Below, in pieces: positions 20,660 to 30,531 of a stretch of DNA of 64,000 nt. The position numbers and the translations under genes were made by a program. Each line of letters begins with the position of its first letter. Positions within the stretch are counted from its first letter, which is position 1. Under the pieces are notes generated by a model. It was given only the letters and a program-made list of their open reading frames with translations. It did no database searches and was not told the DNA's origin. The DNA is taken from assembly GCA_963803345.1 (NCBI GenBank), contig CAWDLX010000013.1:133804-197803 (forward strand). The letters run 5' to 3'. The stretch comes from an uncultured Actinomycetota bacterium (GTDB lineage: Bacteria > Actinomycetota > Actinomycetes > Mycobacteriales > Micromonosporaceae).

Positions 20660-21502
20660 TTGGTGATCGTGAAGAGCCCCGCGCGCCACCGCACGTACCT
20701 CATGTGCCCACCCGAGCACTACGCGGTGGAGTACGCGATCAACCCGTGGATGGACACCTCCACGCCGGTCGACGCCGAACTCGCGGTCAAGCAGTGGCAC
20801 GGCCTGCGTGAGGCCCTGCTCGCTCTCGGCCACACCGTGCACGTGCTCGAACCCCGCCCGGGGCTGCCAGACATGGTCTACGCCGCCAACGGCGCGTTCT
20901 CGGTCGACGGGATCGTCTACGGCGCCCGGTTCCGTTATCCCCAACGGGCCGGCGAGGAGGCGGCCCATCGGGAGTTCTACGAGGCCGACCCGCGGACCTG
21001 GCACTTCGTCGCGCCGACCGCGGTCAATGAGGGCGAGGGAGACTTCGCCTATGTCGCTGGGCCGCACGGAGGGCTCGTACTGGCCGGCTACGGCTTCCGC
21101 ACCGAACTGGCCGCCCATGCCGAGGCCCAGGAGACGCTGGGTCACCCGGTCATCTCGCTCCGGCTGGTGAACGAGCGGTTGTACCACCTCGATGTGGCAC
21201 TGACCGCGCTCGACGACGAGCGGATCGCGTACTTCCCGGGAGCGTTCTCCCCGGCCTCCCAGCGGGTGCTGGCCGAACTGTTCCCGGACGCGCTCGTCGC
21301 TGGTGAGTCCGACGCCCTCGCGTTCGGTCTGAACCTGGTCAGCGACGGTCATCACGTGCTCCTGAACGCGGCGGCATCCGGGCTCGCCAGGCGCCTCGCC
21401 GACGCCGGCTTCGAACCGGTTCTGGTGGACTTGAGCGAGCTGAAGAAGGGCGGCGGCAGCGTCAAGTGTTGCGTCGCCGAGCTTCGCCCGCCGTTGCGCT
21501 GA
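20660..21502 (+). CDS. amidinotransferase / dimethylarginine dimethylaminohydrolase (DDAH)-type guanidino-modifying enzyme
   Basis: Intact 280-aa ORF: YLMCPPEHYAVEYAINPWM, PDMVYAANGAF, LYHLDVALTALDD, and the C-terminal catalytic Cys context GGGSVKCCVAEL. Divergent from the Lrp gene. The exact start (TTG 20660 or a nearby GTG) is uncertain. Confidence 0.8.
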   Translation: MVIVKSPARHRTYLMCPPEHYAVEYAINPWMDTSTPVDAELAVKQWHGLREALLALGHTVHVLEPRPGLPDMVYAANGAFSVDGIVYGARFRYPQRAGEEAAHREFYEADPRTWHFVAPTAVNEGEGDFAYVAGPHGGLVLAGYGFRTELAAHAEAQETLGHPVISLRLVNERLYHLDVALTALDDERIAYFPGAFSPASQRVLAELFPDALVAGESDALAFGLNLVSDGHHVLLNAAASGLARRLADAGFEPVLVDLSELKKGGGSVKCCVAELRPPLR

Positions 21503-21620
21503 CCGCTGGCGCTTCACGTCTGCCCGCTCCCCTCTCGTTGCGCGTGTCCGCTACAGTCTGGGCTTCCGTGTGCTGCTGGTATTGATGTGGCACCCGTTTC
21601 GTCAAGGAGTGCATACCCTC

Positions 21621-22076
21621 ATGCGCAAGCTTCTGATCGTGACCTTGCTGGCGAGTGTCGCTCTGGGTGGGGTCGCCGCCTGCGCGTCCGGTACCCCGAC
21701 CGACTCGTCCTCATCACCGACCGGCTCATCCGCTGCCGACCAGACCGCGACGGTGTGCCAACAGGCCCTCGCCCTGGAGAAGTCGAAGAGCTCGGAGGTG
21801 CTGGCCAAGGTCCAGGCGGCACTGGCCAGCATGGCCGCCGGCGGCAGCCCGGACCTGACCGGCATCCAGGCCGACCTCGAGAAGATCCAATCCGACTGGG
21901 TCACCGCCTTCCAGGGCTTCGCCTCCCAACCGGTCAAGCCCGAGGTGAAGACGGCGATCAACAACTTCATCACCTACCTGCAGGCGATCGGCCAGAGCAG
22001 CAACACCGACTCGATCCCCCAGGTCACGGCCAAGTTCGCCGAGCTGGACCAGGCACTCACGGCGGCCTGCGCCTAG
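21621..22076 (+). CDS. lipoprotein (hypothetical)
   Basis: AAGGAG lies 11 nt upstream of ATG 21621. MRKLLIVTLLASVALGGVAACASG is a signal peptide plus lipobox. The mature part is helical and Ala/Gln-rich. It lies inside the 5' extension of ORF 21587-24010, in another frame. Confidence 0.7.
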   Translation: MRKLLIVTLLASVALGGVAACASGTPTDSSSSPTGSSAADQTATVCQQALALEKSKSSEVLAKVQAALASMAAGGSPDLTGIQADLEKIQSDWVTAFQGFASQPVKPEVKTAINNFITYLQAIGQSSNTDSIPQVTAKFAELDQALTAACA

Positions 22077-22228
22077 TTAGTTCCGGTGCCCGGACCCCGG
22101 CTGCCCGCTGTGGGCGCCGGGGGACGGGTGCTTCAGCGATCTTGGACTGCCCGATCTCGCCCTACCTCAGCGGCGCGTCTATTAAGAGTTACTTGGCGGC
22201 ATATGCCCCAATCGTGCAATCTGAAGGT

Positions 22229-24010
22229 GTGGGCATCCCGGCGAGGCCGTCAGCGGCATTGGTGGCGGCGTGGCGACAACGTCTGCGCGCCGTCGAATCA
22301 GACCCACCACCGCAGCGTCGGTTGCCGCCCGACCGCCCGTACGGTGAGCTGGCCGCGTCCCTGGTCGCCACCCGTGATGTGGTGTCGGAGGCCCGGTTCC
22401 CGCTCGATCTGACCAGCGCATCCCACGCCCGCGACGCGGCGGCGGCCTTGGCCGGTCAGCTCAACGACTACATCCTGCCCAGACTGCTCCGGATTGACGC
22501 CCCGCTCCTGGCGGTGGTGGGCGGCTCAACCGGCGCCGGCAAGTCGACGCTGGTGAACAGCCTGGTCCAGGCGCCCGTCAGCCGGGCCGGAGTGATCCGG
22601 CCGACCACGCGCTCCCCGCTGCTGGTGAGCAACCCGGGCGACGCGGGGTGGTTCGCACAGGCGGAGATCCTGCCGGACCTCGTCCGCTCGTCCAACTCCG
22701 GCGAGCGGACACTGCAGATCGTCAACGCTCCCGCCCTGCGCCCCGGGGTTGCCCTGCTCGACGCGCCGGACATCGACTCGGTCGTCACCGCGAACCGGGA
22801 ACTTGCCAGGGAACTGTTCGCAGCCGGCGACCTGTGGCTGTTCGTCACCACGGCGGCCCGCTACGCCGACGCCGTGCCGTGGCGGCTGCTCCGGGAGGCA
22901 CGGTACCGCGGCACCTCGGTGGCCATCGTCCTCGACCGGGTGCCGGCGGAGGTCGCCGATGAGGTAGCCGGCCACTTCGGGCAGATGCTGGCCGCGCAGG
23001 ATCTTGGCGACGAGCCACTCTTCGTCGTGCGAGAGTCCACCTTGGACGGACACGGGCTACTGCCCGAAGATGAGGTGCGCGCCGTCAAGCAATGGCTGGA
23101 CGAGGTGGCCGGCAGTATCAGCCGTCGGCGGGCCATGACCGCCCGGACGCTGCTCGGAGCGGTCAACGCCGTTCCGGCGCGCACCGATGAGCTCGCTCTC
23201 GCGGCGGACGAGCAGGTGGCCGTGCAGACCCGGCTGGCCACCGCCTGCCGCCAGGCCTTCGCCGCGGCGATGGCCGATGTGGAGACGCAGCTCCGGGGTG
23301 GCGCGGCCCTGCGGGGCGAGGTCTACGCCCAGTGGTTACGACTGCTGGGTACTGGTGATCTTGGTCCGGCGCTGCGCAGTGCGACGGACCGCCGCGGCGA
23401 TGAGGCCGTTCCGGTACGCGGCAACCAGGCTCATCCGGGCGTCGAGTTCCTGGCCACGATCGCATCCACCATGGCCGGGCTGATCGCCGAAGCCGACGTC
23501 ACCGCGACCAACCTGTGCCGCGAGAACTGGCGGGCCGAGCCGTCCGGTCGGTTCTTCCTCGCCACCGACTCGGGACTCGGGCGACCCTGGACCGGCTTCG
23601 CCGACGCCAGCCATGATCTCGTGTACCAGTGGCAGCGCTGGGTACAGGCGCTGGCCCGAGCGGATGCGCCACCGGTACGGACCCCCTCGCGGTCGTACTC
23701 GACCGCGGCCACGGTCCTGTTCGTGACCATTGCTGCCGTGGCGCCGCCGCGAGAGTCCGTCACGACGACCAGTCCGGCCGCTGACGTCCTGCGCCGGATA
23801 CTGGCCGACGAACACCTCCGGGTGCTGGCCGAGCGGGCTCGGGCCGAACTGCTCGTCCGGGTTGGTGACCTGCTCCAGGCCGAGGTCGACCGCCATCTGG
23901 CACCGATCGTCGCGATCGAGGCCGACCATGCGCTCGCCCAGCGATTGCGCGACGCCGCTGGCCGGGTGCGGGCGGCCGGGCTGGCCACCCGGACGGGCGT
24001 CGCCGCGTGA
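22229..24010 (+). CDS. dynamin-like GTPase (DynA-like)
   Basis: In-frame part of ORF 21587-24010. P-loop: LLAVVGGSTGAGKSTLVNSL. Also LLDAPDIDS, WLFVTTAARYADAVPW and VAIVLDRVP, followed by a long helical stalk. The start is approximate (GTG 22229; GTG 22214 is also possible). Confidence 0.75.
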   Translation: MGIPARPSAALVAAWRQRLRAVESDPPPQRRLPPDRPYGELAASLVATRDVVSEARFPLDLTSASHARDAAAALAGQLNDYILPRLLRIDAPLLAVVGGSTGAGKSTLVNSLVQAPVSRAGVIRPTTRSPLLVSNPGDAGWFAQAEILPDLVRSSNSGERTLQIVNAPALRPGVALLDAPDIDSVVTANRELARELFAAGDLWLFVTTAARYADAVPWRLLREARYRGTSVAIVLDRVPAEVADEVAGHFGQMLAAQDLGDEPLFVVRESTLDGHGLLPEDEVRAVKQWLDEVAGSISRRRAMTARTLLGAVNAVPARTDELALAADEQVAVQTRLATACRQAFAAAMADVETQLRGGAALRGEVYAQWLRLLGTGDLGPALRSATDRRGDEAVPVRGNQAHPGVEFLATIASTMAGLIAEADVTATNLCRENWRAEPSGRFFLATDSGLGRPWTGFADASHDLVYQWQRWVQALARADAPPVRTPSRSYSTAATVLFVTIAAVAPPRESVTTTSPAADVLRRILADEHLRVLAERARAELLVRVGDLLQAEVDRHLAPIVAIEADHALAQRLRDAAGRVRAAGLATRTGVAA

Positions 24011-25635
24011 CCGCGCTGCTGGCCGGCGGCCCGCGGACGGGAGCGCCGGCCAACTACGCCGCGCAGGCCGATGCGCTGGCCGACCGGTTCGACGCGCTCG
24101 GCCGGTTCGTCCGGCTCACCTGGGGCCACGTCGCCGCCGCCCCGGAGATGTCCGATGTGGATGCCTCCGCGGTCGCCGCGGCCGGGGTGCTCAGCGAACG
24201 GGCGGCGGCCCGGCTACGACTGGCCGGTGGCCATACGGTGGTCGCCCTGGCCGGTGCGACCGGCAGCGGCAAGTCGAGCATGTTCAACGCGCTGGCCCGG
24301 ATGAACCTGTCCGCCACCGGGCACCTGCGACCGACCACCGGCGCGGCGCACGCCTGCGTCTGGGGCGAGCGGGGAGCGGACGATCTGCTCGACTGGCTCG
24401 GGGTGACCCACCGGTTCCGCCGCGAGAGCCCGCTCGACGCGCAGGATGAGGCGTCGCTGCACGGCCTGGTGCTGCTCGACCTGCCGGACCTCGACTCGGT
24501 CGCCACCGGGCACCGGCTCGAGGCCGAGCGACTGGTCGGCGTGGTCGACCTGGTGGTCTGGGTGCTCGATCCACAGAAGTACGCCGACCAGAGCGTGCAC
24601 GGCGAGTACCTGCGGCACATGGGTCCGCTGCGTGATGTGACCGTCGTCGTGTTCAACCAGGCCGACCGGCTCAGCCCGGCCGACACCAACCGCTGCCTGG
24701 CCGACCTGCGCCGTCTGCTCGACGCCGACGGGCTGCCGGACGTCCCGATCCTCGCCACGTCGGTGCGGTCAGGGGCCGGCGTGAACCGGCTCCGGCGACT
24801 GCTCGAACGGACCGTCGCCGGGCGCCACGCCGGACTGGCCCGGCTCGAAGGTGAGCTGGACGAGGCGGTCGGCGGCCTGGTCCCGCTGGTTCGCGACGGG
24901 CATCCGTCAGCGGCCGAGGACGCGCTCGACCGGCACGTGGTGTCCGACTTCGCCGGCGAGTTGGCCGACGCGGCCGGGGTGATGGCGGTCGCCGCCGACG
25001 CCGGTCGAAGCTACGCCCGGCGCGCCCGGGTACCCGGTTGGCCATTGCGGCCCCGCGGTGCCGGCGCCGTGCCCGCCGACCGTCGCGTGCCACCCGCCGA
25101 CCCGGCCGCCGTCGCCGTCGCGGTCCGGCGGATGTCGGCGACCGCCGGAGCTCGCCTACCGGCACCCTGGCCGGACCAGATCCAGGCGGCGGTGGGCGGC
25201 GGCCTCGACCGGCTCCCCGACGAGCTGGGCGACGCCCTGACCCGGGTCAACCCGCCGCTGCCCAGCCGAGCGGGCTGGGCAGCGGCCCGTGTGTTGTGGT
25301 GGCTGGCGGTGCTGGCGGCGGTCGCCGGCCTGGGCTGGCTTGCCGGCGCCGCGTGGGACGGCGGGGGCGTTCAGCCGCCCCGTCCCGGCGGGGTGAGCCT
25401 TCCGGTCCTCCTCATCGGTGTCGGTTTCGTCCTTGCTGTGGCGGTGCCCCTGGTATGCCTACCGTTGGCGCGGCTGTGCGGCCGCCGCTACGCCGACCGG
25501 GTCCTGCGCCGACTCCGGGAAGCCGCCGGCAGCGTCGCCCGCGACAGCGTCGGACCAGCGCGGCTGGTCCTGCGGGACTACAGCGCCGCCCGGTCAGCCC
25601 TGGAGATCGCGGCGACCCGGACGGACGGCGGTTAA
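24007..25635 (+). CDS. dynamin-like / GTP-binding protein with C-terminal TM hairpin (DynB-like)
   Basis: Intact 542-aa ORF. The GTG start overlaps the upstream stop (GTGA). P-loop VVALAGATGSGKSSMFNAL, then LVLLDLPDLDS and VVFNQADRL. Two C-terminal TM helices: VLWWLAVLAAVAGLGWLAGAAW and LPVLLIGVGFVLAVAVPLVCLPL. Confidence 0.75.
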   Translation: MTALLAGGPRTGAPANYAAQADALADRFDALGRFVRLTWGHVAAAPEMSDVDASAVAAAGVLSERAAARLRLAGGHTVVALAGATGSGKSSMFNALARMNLSATGHLRPTTGAAHACVWGERGADDLLDWLGVTHRFRRESPLDAQDEASLHGLVLLDLPDLDSVATGHRLEAERLVGVVDLVVWVLDPQKYADQSVHGEYLRHMGPLRDVTVVVFNQADRLSPADTNRCLADLRRLLDADGLPDVPILATSVRSGAGVNRLRRLLERTVAGRHAGLARLEGELDEAVGGLVPLVRDGHPSAAEDALDRHVVSDFAGELADAAGVMAVAADAGRSYARRARVPGWPLRPRGAGAVPADRRVPPADPAAVAVAVRRMSATAGARLPAPWPDQIQAAVGGGLDRLPDELGDALTRVNPPLPSRAGWAAARVLWWLAVLAAVAGLGWLAGAAWDGGGVQPPRPGGVSLPVLLIGVGFVLAVAVPLVCLPLARLCGRRYADRVLRRLREAAGSVARDSVGPARLVLRDYSAARSALEIAATRTDGG

Positions 25636-25644
25636 CCTTCACCC

Positions 25645-26085
25645 GTGCTGCGGCTACTCGTGCGGGCGGGGTACGGACTGCTGGCCGTGGTCAACCTGTG
25701 GTGGGGCATCTGGGGCCGGTTCTTCCCGCGCGGGTTCTACGAGACCTTTCCGGGGTTCGGGCATCGATGGGTGGCCGCGTACCCCCCGTACAACGAGCAC
25801 CTCGTGACCGACCTGGGCGCGACCTTTCTCACCCTCGGCGTACTGCTCGGTGTGGCCACGGTGGTGACAGACCGCCGGCTCCGCTGGGCGGTGCTGGCCG
25901 GTGTCCTCGTGTTCAACGCGCTGCACCTGTCGTTCCACGCGGCCAACCACGGCACCATGGACGCCTTCGATGTCGGGGCGAGCCTGGCCACGCTGATCGC
26001 GGGTGTGCTGGCGCCGATCGTTCTCGGTTGCCTCGAGCTGGTGGCCGGCGCGCGTGGTCGCCGGGCCCGCTGTCCCGGCGGGTGA
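25645..26085 (+). CDS. hypothetical integral membrane protein
   Basis: Intact 146-aa ORF with about 4 hydrophobic helices (GYGLLAVVNLWWGIW; LGATFLTLGVLLGVATVV; WAVLAGVLVFNALHL; ASLATLIAGVLAPIVLG). No family recognised. Confidence 0.6.
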   Translation: MLRLLVRAGYGLLAVVNLWWGIWGRFFPRGFYETFPGFGHRWVAAYPPYNEHLVTDLGATFLTLGVLLGVATVVTDRRLRWAVLAGVLVFNALHLSFHAANHGTMDAFDVGASLATLIAGVLAPIVLGCLELVAGARGRRARCPGG

Positions 26086-26086
26086 G

Positions 26087-26179
26087 TCAGGCCACGCGGA
26101 ACTCATTGCCCTCGGGGTCGGCCATGGCGATCCAGGGGAACCCGAGGTGGACCCGGTTCTTCACCGTCTTCTTCTCGGG
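26087..26179 (-). pseudogene. VOC-family gene remnant (internally deleted)
   Basis: The reverse strand reads PEKKTVKNRVHLGFPWIAMADPEGNEFRVA* (stop comp. 26087-26089). The KNRVHL motif is joined directly to the C-terminal W..MADPEGNEF motif. The paralog at 26908-27391 has about 40 aa between them. Confidence 0.45.
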
Positions 26180-26246
26180 TAACACTGGAGGAACCAAGAA
26201 CCGGTGGTCCGACACGAGTGAGCGGGAGTGGGCTACCCGTCGTGGG

Positions 26247-26810
26247 CTACCAGTCGATCAGAGCATCGGCGTTGATCTGGCAGGCTAGCGGGCCTTCCAG
26301 TGTCAGTGATTCGCCGCGGCCCGCCACGGCGTGCTCCACGAAATGATGGCCAACGAGTCGGAAGAGTCGAAGAGTCACGAAGTCGAACGCGACCAGATCG
26401 GGCTCCACGAGTAGGTACCACTCGATGTGTGCGGTCGCATAGAACTGCATCTTGAGCAGGCGGTCGTTCGCGGCGTTGCTCGGTGAGACGATCTCGCACA
26501 CCAGGGTGACCTCGGAGGCCTCGATGACTCCGCCGTGCGGGTCAGTGTCGGCCACGACGAGGTCCGGGATGACGATCCGGTCTGGGCCGAGACGAAGGTT
26601 GGCCGCCTCGTACGCGCGTAGGCCGGCGGCCCGGGCGGCCGGGCGGATCATGGCCATGAGGAGGAACGAGATGTCCTGATGCGGCTTGTTCGGAGCCGGG
26701 CTCACCCACAGTCCCCCGTCGATCAGCTCGATCCGGTTCGGCGTTTCGCCAAGCGCGAAGTACTGCTCCTCCGACCACGGGCCGGGATGTTCCAGCACGG
26801 CCGCGCTCAT
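26247..26810 (-). CDS. Uma2 family endonuclease (DUF820)
   Basis: Intact 187-aa ORF: WSEEQYFALGETPNRIELIDGGLWVSPAP, IPDLVVADTD, TLVCEIVSPSNAANDRLLKMQFYATAHIEWYLLVEP. This is the PD-(D/E)xK Uma2 signature. Confidence 0.85.
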   Translation of the reverse strand: MSAAVLEHPGPWSEEQYFALGETPNRIELIDGGLWVSPAPNKPHQDISFLLMAMIRPAARAAGLRAYEAANLRLGPDRIVIPDLVVADTDPHGGVIEASEVTLVCEIVSPSNAANDRLLKMQFYATAHIEWYLLVEPDLVAFDFVTLRLFRLVGHHFVEHAVAGRGESLTLEGPLACQINADALIDW

Positions 26811-26907
26811 CGCGATCCACCTCCGTACGATTGGTGGTCATCTTATCGCGGCGGCCTGGTGCTCCCGTGCCGCAACGAGTCGATCGCGATTGTCAGGCTC
26901 GACGCGG

Positions 26908-27391
26908 TCAAGCGACGCAGAATTCGTTGCCTTCTGGGTCGGCCATCGTGACCCAGGTCGAGCCGCCCTGCTCGCCGTCCCATAGCTTGCTCGCTCCGGC
27001 CTTGAGCAGTCGGTCGACCACCTCGCCCGCCGCTCCGGCCCGACGTGCAGGTCCAGATGCACCTTGTTCTTGATCTTCTTCGGTGGGCCGTGCGCCGGTT
27101 GTCGGTTCGCTAAGGATTGCCCTCCGGCACCACCTGGAACAGGACCCGGCCGCCAAGGCCGGAGCCGCTGCGCGGGTCGACCGGCGCGTCGGGATCGCGC
27201 ACGGCTGCGCCGTCCTGCAGGCCAGCCGGCCGTCCACAGTGGTCACATCGTCCTGGGTCACGCGACCCTCGTCGAGAGGAGCGGATCAAGGCGGAGTGGT
27301 CCTCGACCACGTAGTCCAGCGCCTCGGCCCAGAACGCGGCCAGCGTGTGCGGATCCTCGCAGTCGACGCAGACTTTGTATGCAACAGCCAT
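26908..27391 (-). pseudogene. VOC (glyoxalase-like domain) family protein, frameshifted
   Basis: MAVAYKVCVDCEDPHTLAAFWAEALDYVVEDHSALIRS (ORF 27110-27445, ATG comp. 27389-27391). ...KVHLDLHVG (ORF 26838-27062). ...EVVDRLLKAGASKLWDGEQGGSTWVTMADPEGNEFCVA* (ORF 26908-27261). At least 3 slips. Confidence 0.65.
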
Positions 27392-27433
27392 GGCTCGCAC
27401 GCTATGGCCGGCTACGACGAAGATTGTCCGCAC

Positions 27434-27967
27434 GTGAGCATTCACGCGACCGATCCGTTCGCGACCCCTGAGGACGCGAGGTCGAGCCTGCGCCGCCTAC
27501 GCGGACGACTGCCCGCGTCGGTCGCGTTGTGGACGGCCTGGGCGGGACGGCCGCCCAGCCGGGCTGACCGTGTCGTCGACCGTGGTCGTCGATGGTGACC
27601 CGGGCCGGGTGCTGGCGGTCATTGACGCGGAGTCCGAGCTGTACCCCGCGTACGGGACAGCGGCCGGTTCGCCGTCTGCGTGCTGCGCACATCTGACCGT
27701 CGGTTGGCGGACATCTTCGCGGGGATCATGCCGGTACCGGGAGGCCCGTTCCGCGAGGGTGGGACGAAACCGCTTCGGGCGCGTGCCCGCGGACGAGCCG
27801 TACCTGGGCTGGCTGCCGGTTGGACAGCGCCATCGTGATGGGTTATTGAGCAGCTGGTGATGGCCACTGTCGAAGCTATCCGGTTGGGGGACCATGGAGC
27901 ACCCCTGATCCATTACCGTGGCCGGTACGCCGACGGGCCGGCTGGCGGCCCGGGTGGGAGCGGATAG
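27434..27967 (+). pseudogene. flavin reductase family protein, frameshifted
   Basis: VSIHATDPFATPEDARSSLRRLRGRLPASVALWTA (ORF 27083-27598, GTG 27434; ATG 27404 is possible). LTVSSTVVVDGDPGRVLAVIDAESELYPA (ORF 27570-27860). Then ...RFAVCVLRTSDRRLADIFAG and ...VEAIRLGDHGAPLIHYRGRYADG...* with TAG at 27965-27967. Several slips. Confidence 0.6.
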
Positions 27968-27976
27968 GGTTTTCGG

Positions 27977-28961
27977 ATGGGCGTGCAGCCGCGCTTCGGT
28001 GCAGGCAGTCGGGTTCTGGTCGCCGGCGGTGCCGGATTCGTCCCGTCTCACCTCGTCGAGCGCCTGATCGCCCGTGGGGCCACCGTGGTGGCGCTCGACA
28101 ACTTCATCACCGGGGCGAAGGAGAACGTCGCGCACCTCGAGGGCCACCCGCGTTTCACGCTGATCGAGACCGACGTGTCCATGCCGATGCCGGCTGATGC
28201 TGGAGGCGCTCAGCCGCCGCTTCGACGCGATCCTGCACCTCGCCTCACCGGCCAGTCCGACCGACTTCCGCAAGCTGCCGATCGAGATCATGAAGGCCAA
28301 CGCGCTCGGCGCCCTGCACCTGCTCGAACGGGCGGTGGCCGACGGTGCCCGGTTCCTGATGGCCTCGACCTCGGAGGCGTACGGGGACCCGCTGGTGCAT
28401 CCTCAGAGCGAGGACTACTGGGGCAACGTCAACCCGGTCGGCGAGCGGGCCGTCTACGACGAGTCGAAGCGTTTCGCCGAGGCGGCCACGATGGCCTATC
28501 ACCGGGACCTCGGTGCCGATGTCGCCATCGTGCGGATCTTCAACACCTACGGCCCTCGCATGGCCATGACCGACGGGCGTGCGGTACCGACGTTCATCCG
28601 ACAGGCGCTGCGGGGTGAACCCATCACGGTCTTCGGTACCGGGAGCCAGACCCGCTCCATCTGCTACGTCGACGACCTGGTCTCGGGCATCATGGCCCTG
28701 CTCGACTCGACCGAGACCGGGCCGATCAACTGTGGTACGGAGCATGAGATCAGCGTGGTCGACCTGGCCCGCACCGTGGTCCGGCTGACCGGCAGCGACT
28801 CGCAGATCGTGTTCCTGCCCCGTACCCCGGACGACCCCGACCAGCGCCGTCCCGACCTGACCCGGGCCCGGACCCTGCTCGGCTACGAGCCCGACGATCG
28901 GCCCGGAGGAGGGCCTCCGCCGCACGATTGCGCGAACTTCGCGTCGCGAATCAGGATCTAG
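27977..28961 (+). pseudogene. UDP-glucuronate decarboxylase (UDP-xylose synthase, extended SDR), frameshifted
   Basis: ORF 27977-28618: RVLVAGGAGFVPSHLVERLIARGATVVALDNFITGAKENVAHL. ORF 28197-28961: [13 protein letters not shown]...[41 protein letters not shown]...[11 protein letters not shown]...[18 protein letters not shown]. Slips are near 28190 and 28890. Confidence 0.8.
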
Positions 28962-29091
28962 GGCGCGTCGCGAACATCTAGGGCGCGTCGCGTAGGCGGG
29001 CGCGTCGCTCGCATACCCCCTTTAGCACATGCGCGCAACACTTGTCCGTCGCGCTGCGCCGGTTCATCAGCGTTCGTCCGTACGCTGGGCA

Positions 29092-30332
29092 ATGATGACG
29101 ACACCGGGCCCAGAGGACAATCCCGAGCAACCGGCCCAGCGATGGACCGGCCGGGCCAGCGTCGGCTCCTCGGCTACGCCGGCGCCGGCCGCGCCCGGGT
29201 CGACCTCGGTGTCGGGCCGGGCGACCGTCGACGCGTACCGCGCCTCGTCGCTCCGCCTCCGCCGCCGGTGGCGGTCTGGCCCCGCCGCCGCCACCGGCGG
29301 ACCCGGCCTCTACGGCGGGGCGCCGGCAAGAGGAAGCTGAGGCCGCGTTGGGGTCGCATCGCCCTGGTCGGCCTGCTGGTCATCGGACTCGTCACCGCCG
29401 GCGTCGTCCTGTGGGGCTTCCTCTACATCCAGCACGTCAACGACAACCTCAAGCGCACCGACTCGATCGACAGCATGGTCGGCAGCACCCGCCCGGGGAA
29501 GGGGGTCTCCGGGGCGCTCAACATCCTGCTGCTCGGCTCGGACTCGAGGGACCCGGACCAGCCCGTCAACGTCGGTGGCAACTGGCGCACCGACACCATT
29601 GAGCTCATGCACATCAACGCCAACCACGACAAGGCGTACCTGGTCTCGTTCCCCCGCGATCTCTGGATCCACATCCCCAAGAGCAAGACCAGTCAGTACG
29701 GCGACACCGACGCCAAGATCAACGCCGCCACGGCATGGGGCGGGGTACCGCTGGTGGTGCAGGCGGTGGAGGAGTACAGCGGGGTCCGGATCGACCACCT
29801 CGCGTTGATCGACTTCGCCGGATTCGTCCAGGTCACTGACGCCCTCGGCGGCGTCGACATGAATATCGAGCAGACGATCACCTCGATCCACCAGCCGCAT
29901 CGGACGTTTCACGCCGGCATGAACCATCTCAGTGGTGCTGAGGCGCTCGACTACGTCCGGCAGCGCAAGCAGTTCGCTGACGGGGACTTCGCCCGCATCC
30001 GCCACCAGCAGGAGTTCCTCAAAGCGGTGCTGGACAAAGCGGTCAGCGCGGGAACGGTGGCGAGCCTGGACAGACTGACCTCGTTCGTGTCCTCGGTGGC
30101 CAACTCGTTGACGGTGGACAAGGACTTCTCGCTCCTCGACGTGGCCTGGCAGTTCCACAGCCTGCGTAGCAGCGATCTGACGTTCCTGACCTGCCCGAAC
30201 AACGGTACGGGCAACGTCGACGGACAGAGCGTCGTGCTGACGGACCCGGCCAAGGCGAAGTCCTTGTTCACGGCGATCAACGCGGACACGATGTCCCAGT
30301 GGATCACCCAACCCGGCAACGTACCGAAGTAG
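29092..30332 (+). pseudogene. LCP (LytR-CpsA-Psr) family glycopolymer ligase, paralog 1; frameshift in N-terminal tail
   Basis: The cytoplasmic tail MMTTPGPEDNPEQPAQRWTGRASVGSS... is in ORF 29029-29340. TM helix plus catalytic domain are in ORF 29142-30332: RIALVGLLVIGLVTAGVVLW, NILLLGSDSRD, RTDTIELMHI, YLVSFPRDLW, LDYVRQRKQFADGDFARIRHQQEFLKA. The slip is somewhere in 29225-29335. Confidence 0.8.
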
Positions 30333-30531
30333 CGCGCGGCCCGGCGACTGGTGCGGAGCAGGGCCCCGGTAGCCTGGGCCTGGCTGGGGCGGGCGTATCC
30401 GCGGTTGATTCGGTAGTCTGTCCGCGGCTTACCGCTGGACGCGCGGTGCCCCGTTTCCGCGCGTCGGTGCCCGGTGCACCCCAGTCGCTCGACGACGGGC
30501 AGCCCGATGACCCCTCCGTCGAGGAGCCGCT

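Noticed and set aside
21587-22228. 5' extension that makes the first GTPase an 807-aa ORF.
   Set aside because: The extension overlaps the well-supported lipoprotein gene (RBS, signal peptide, lipobox) in another frame and translates to Arg/Pro-rich low-complexity sequence. The GTPase homology starts around 22229.
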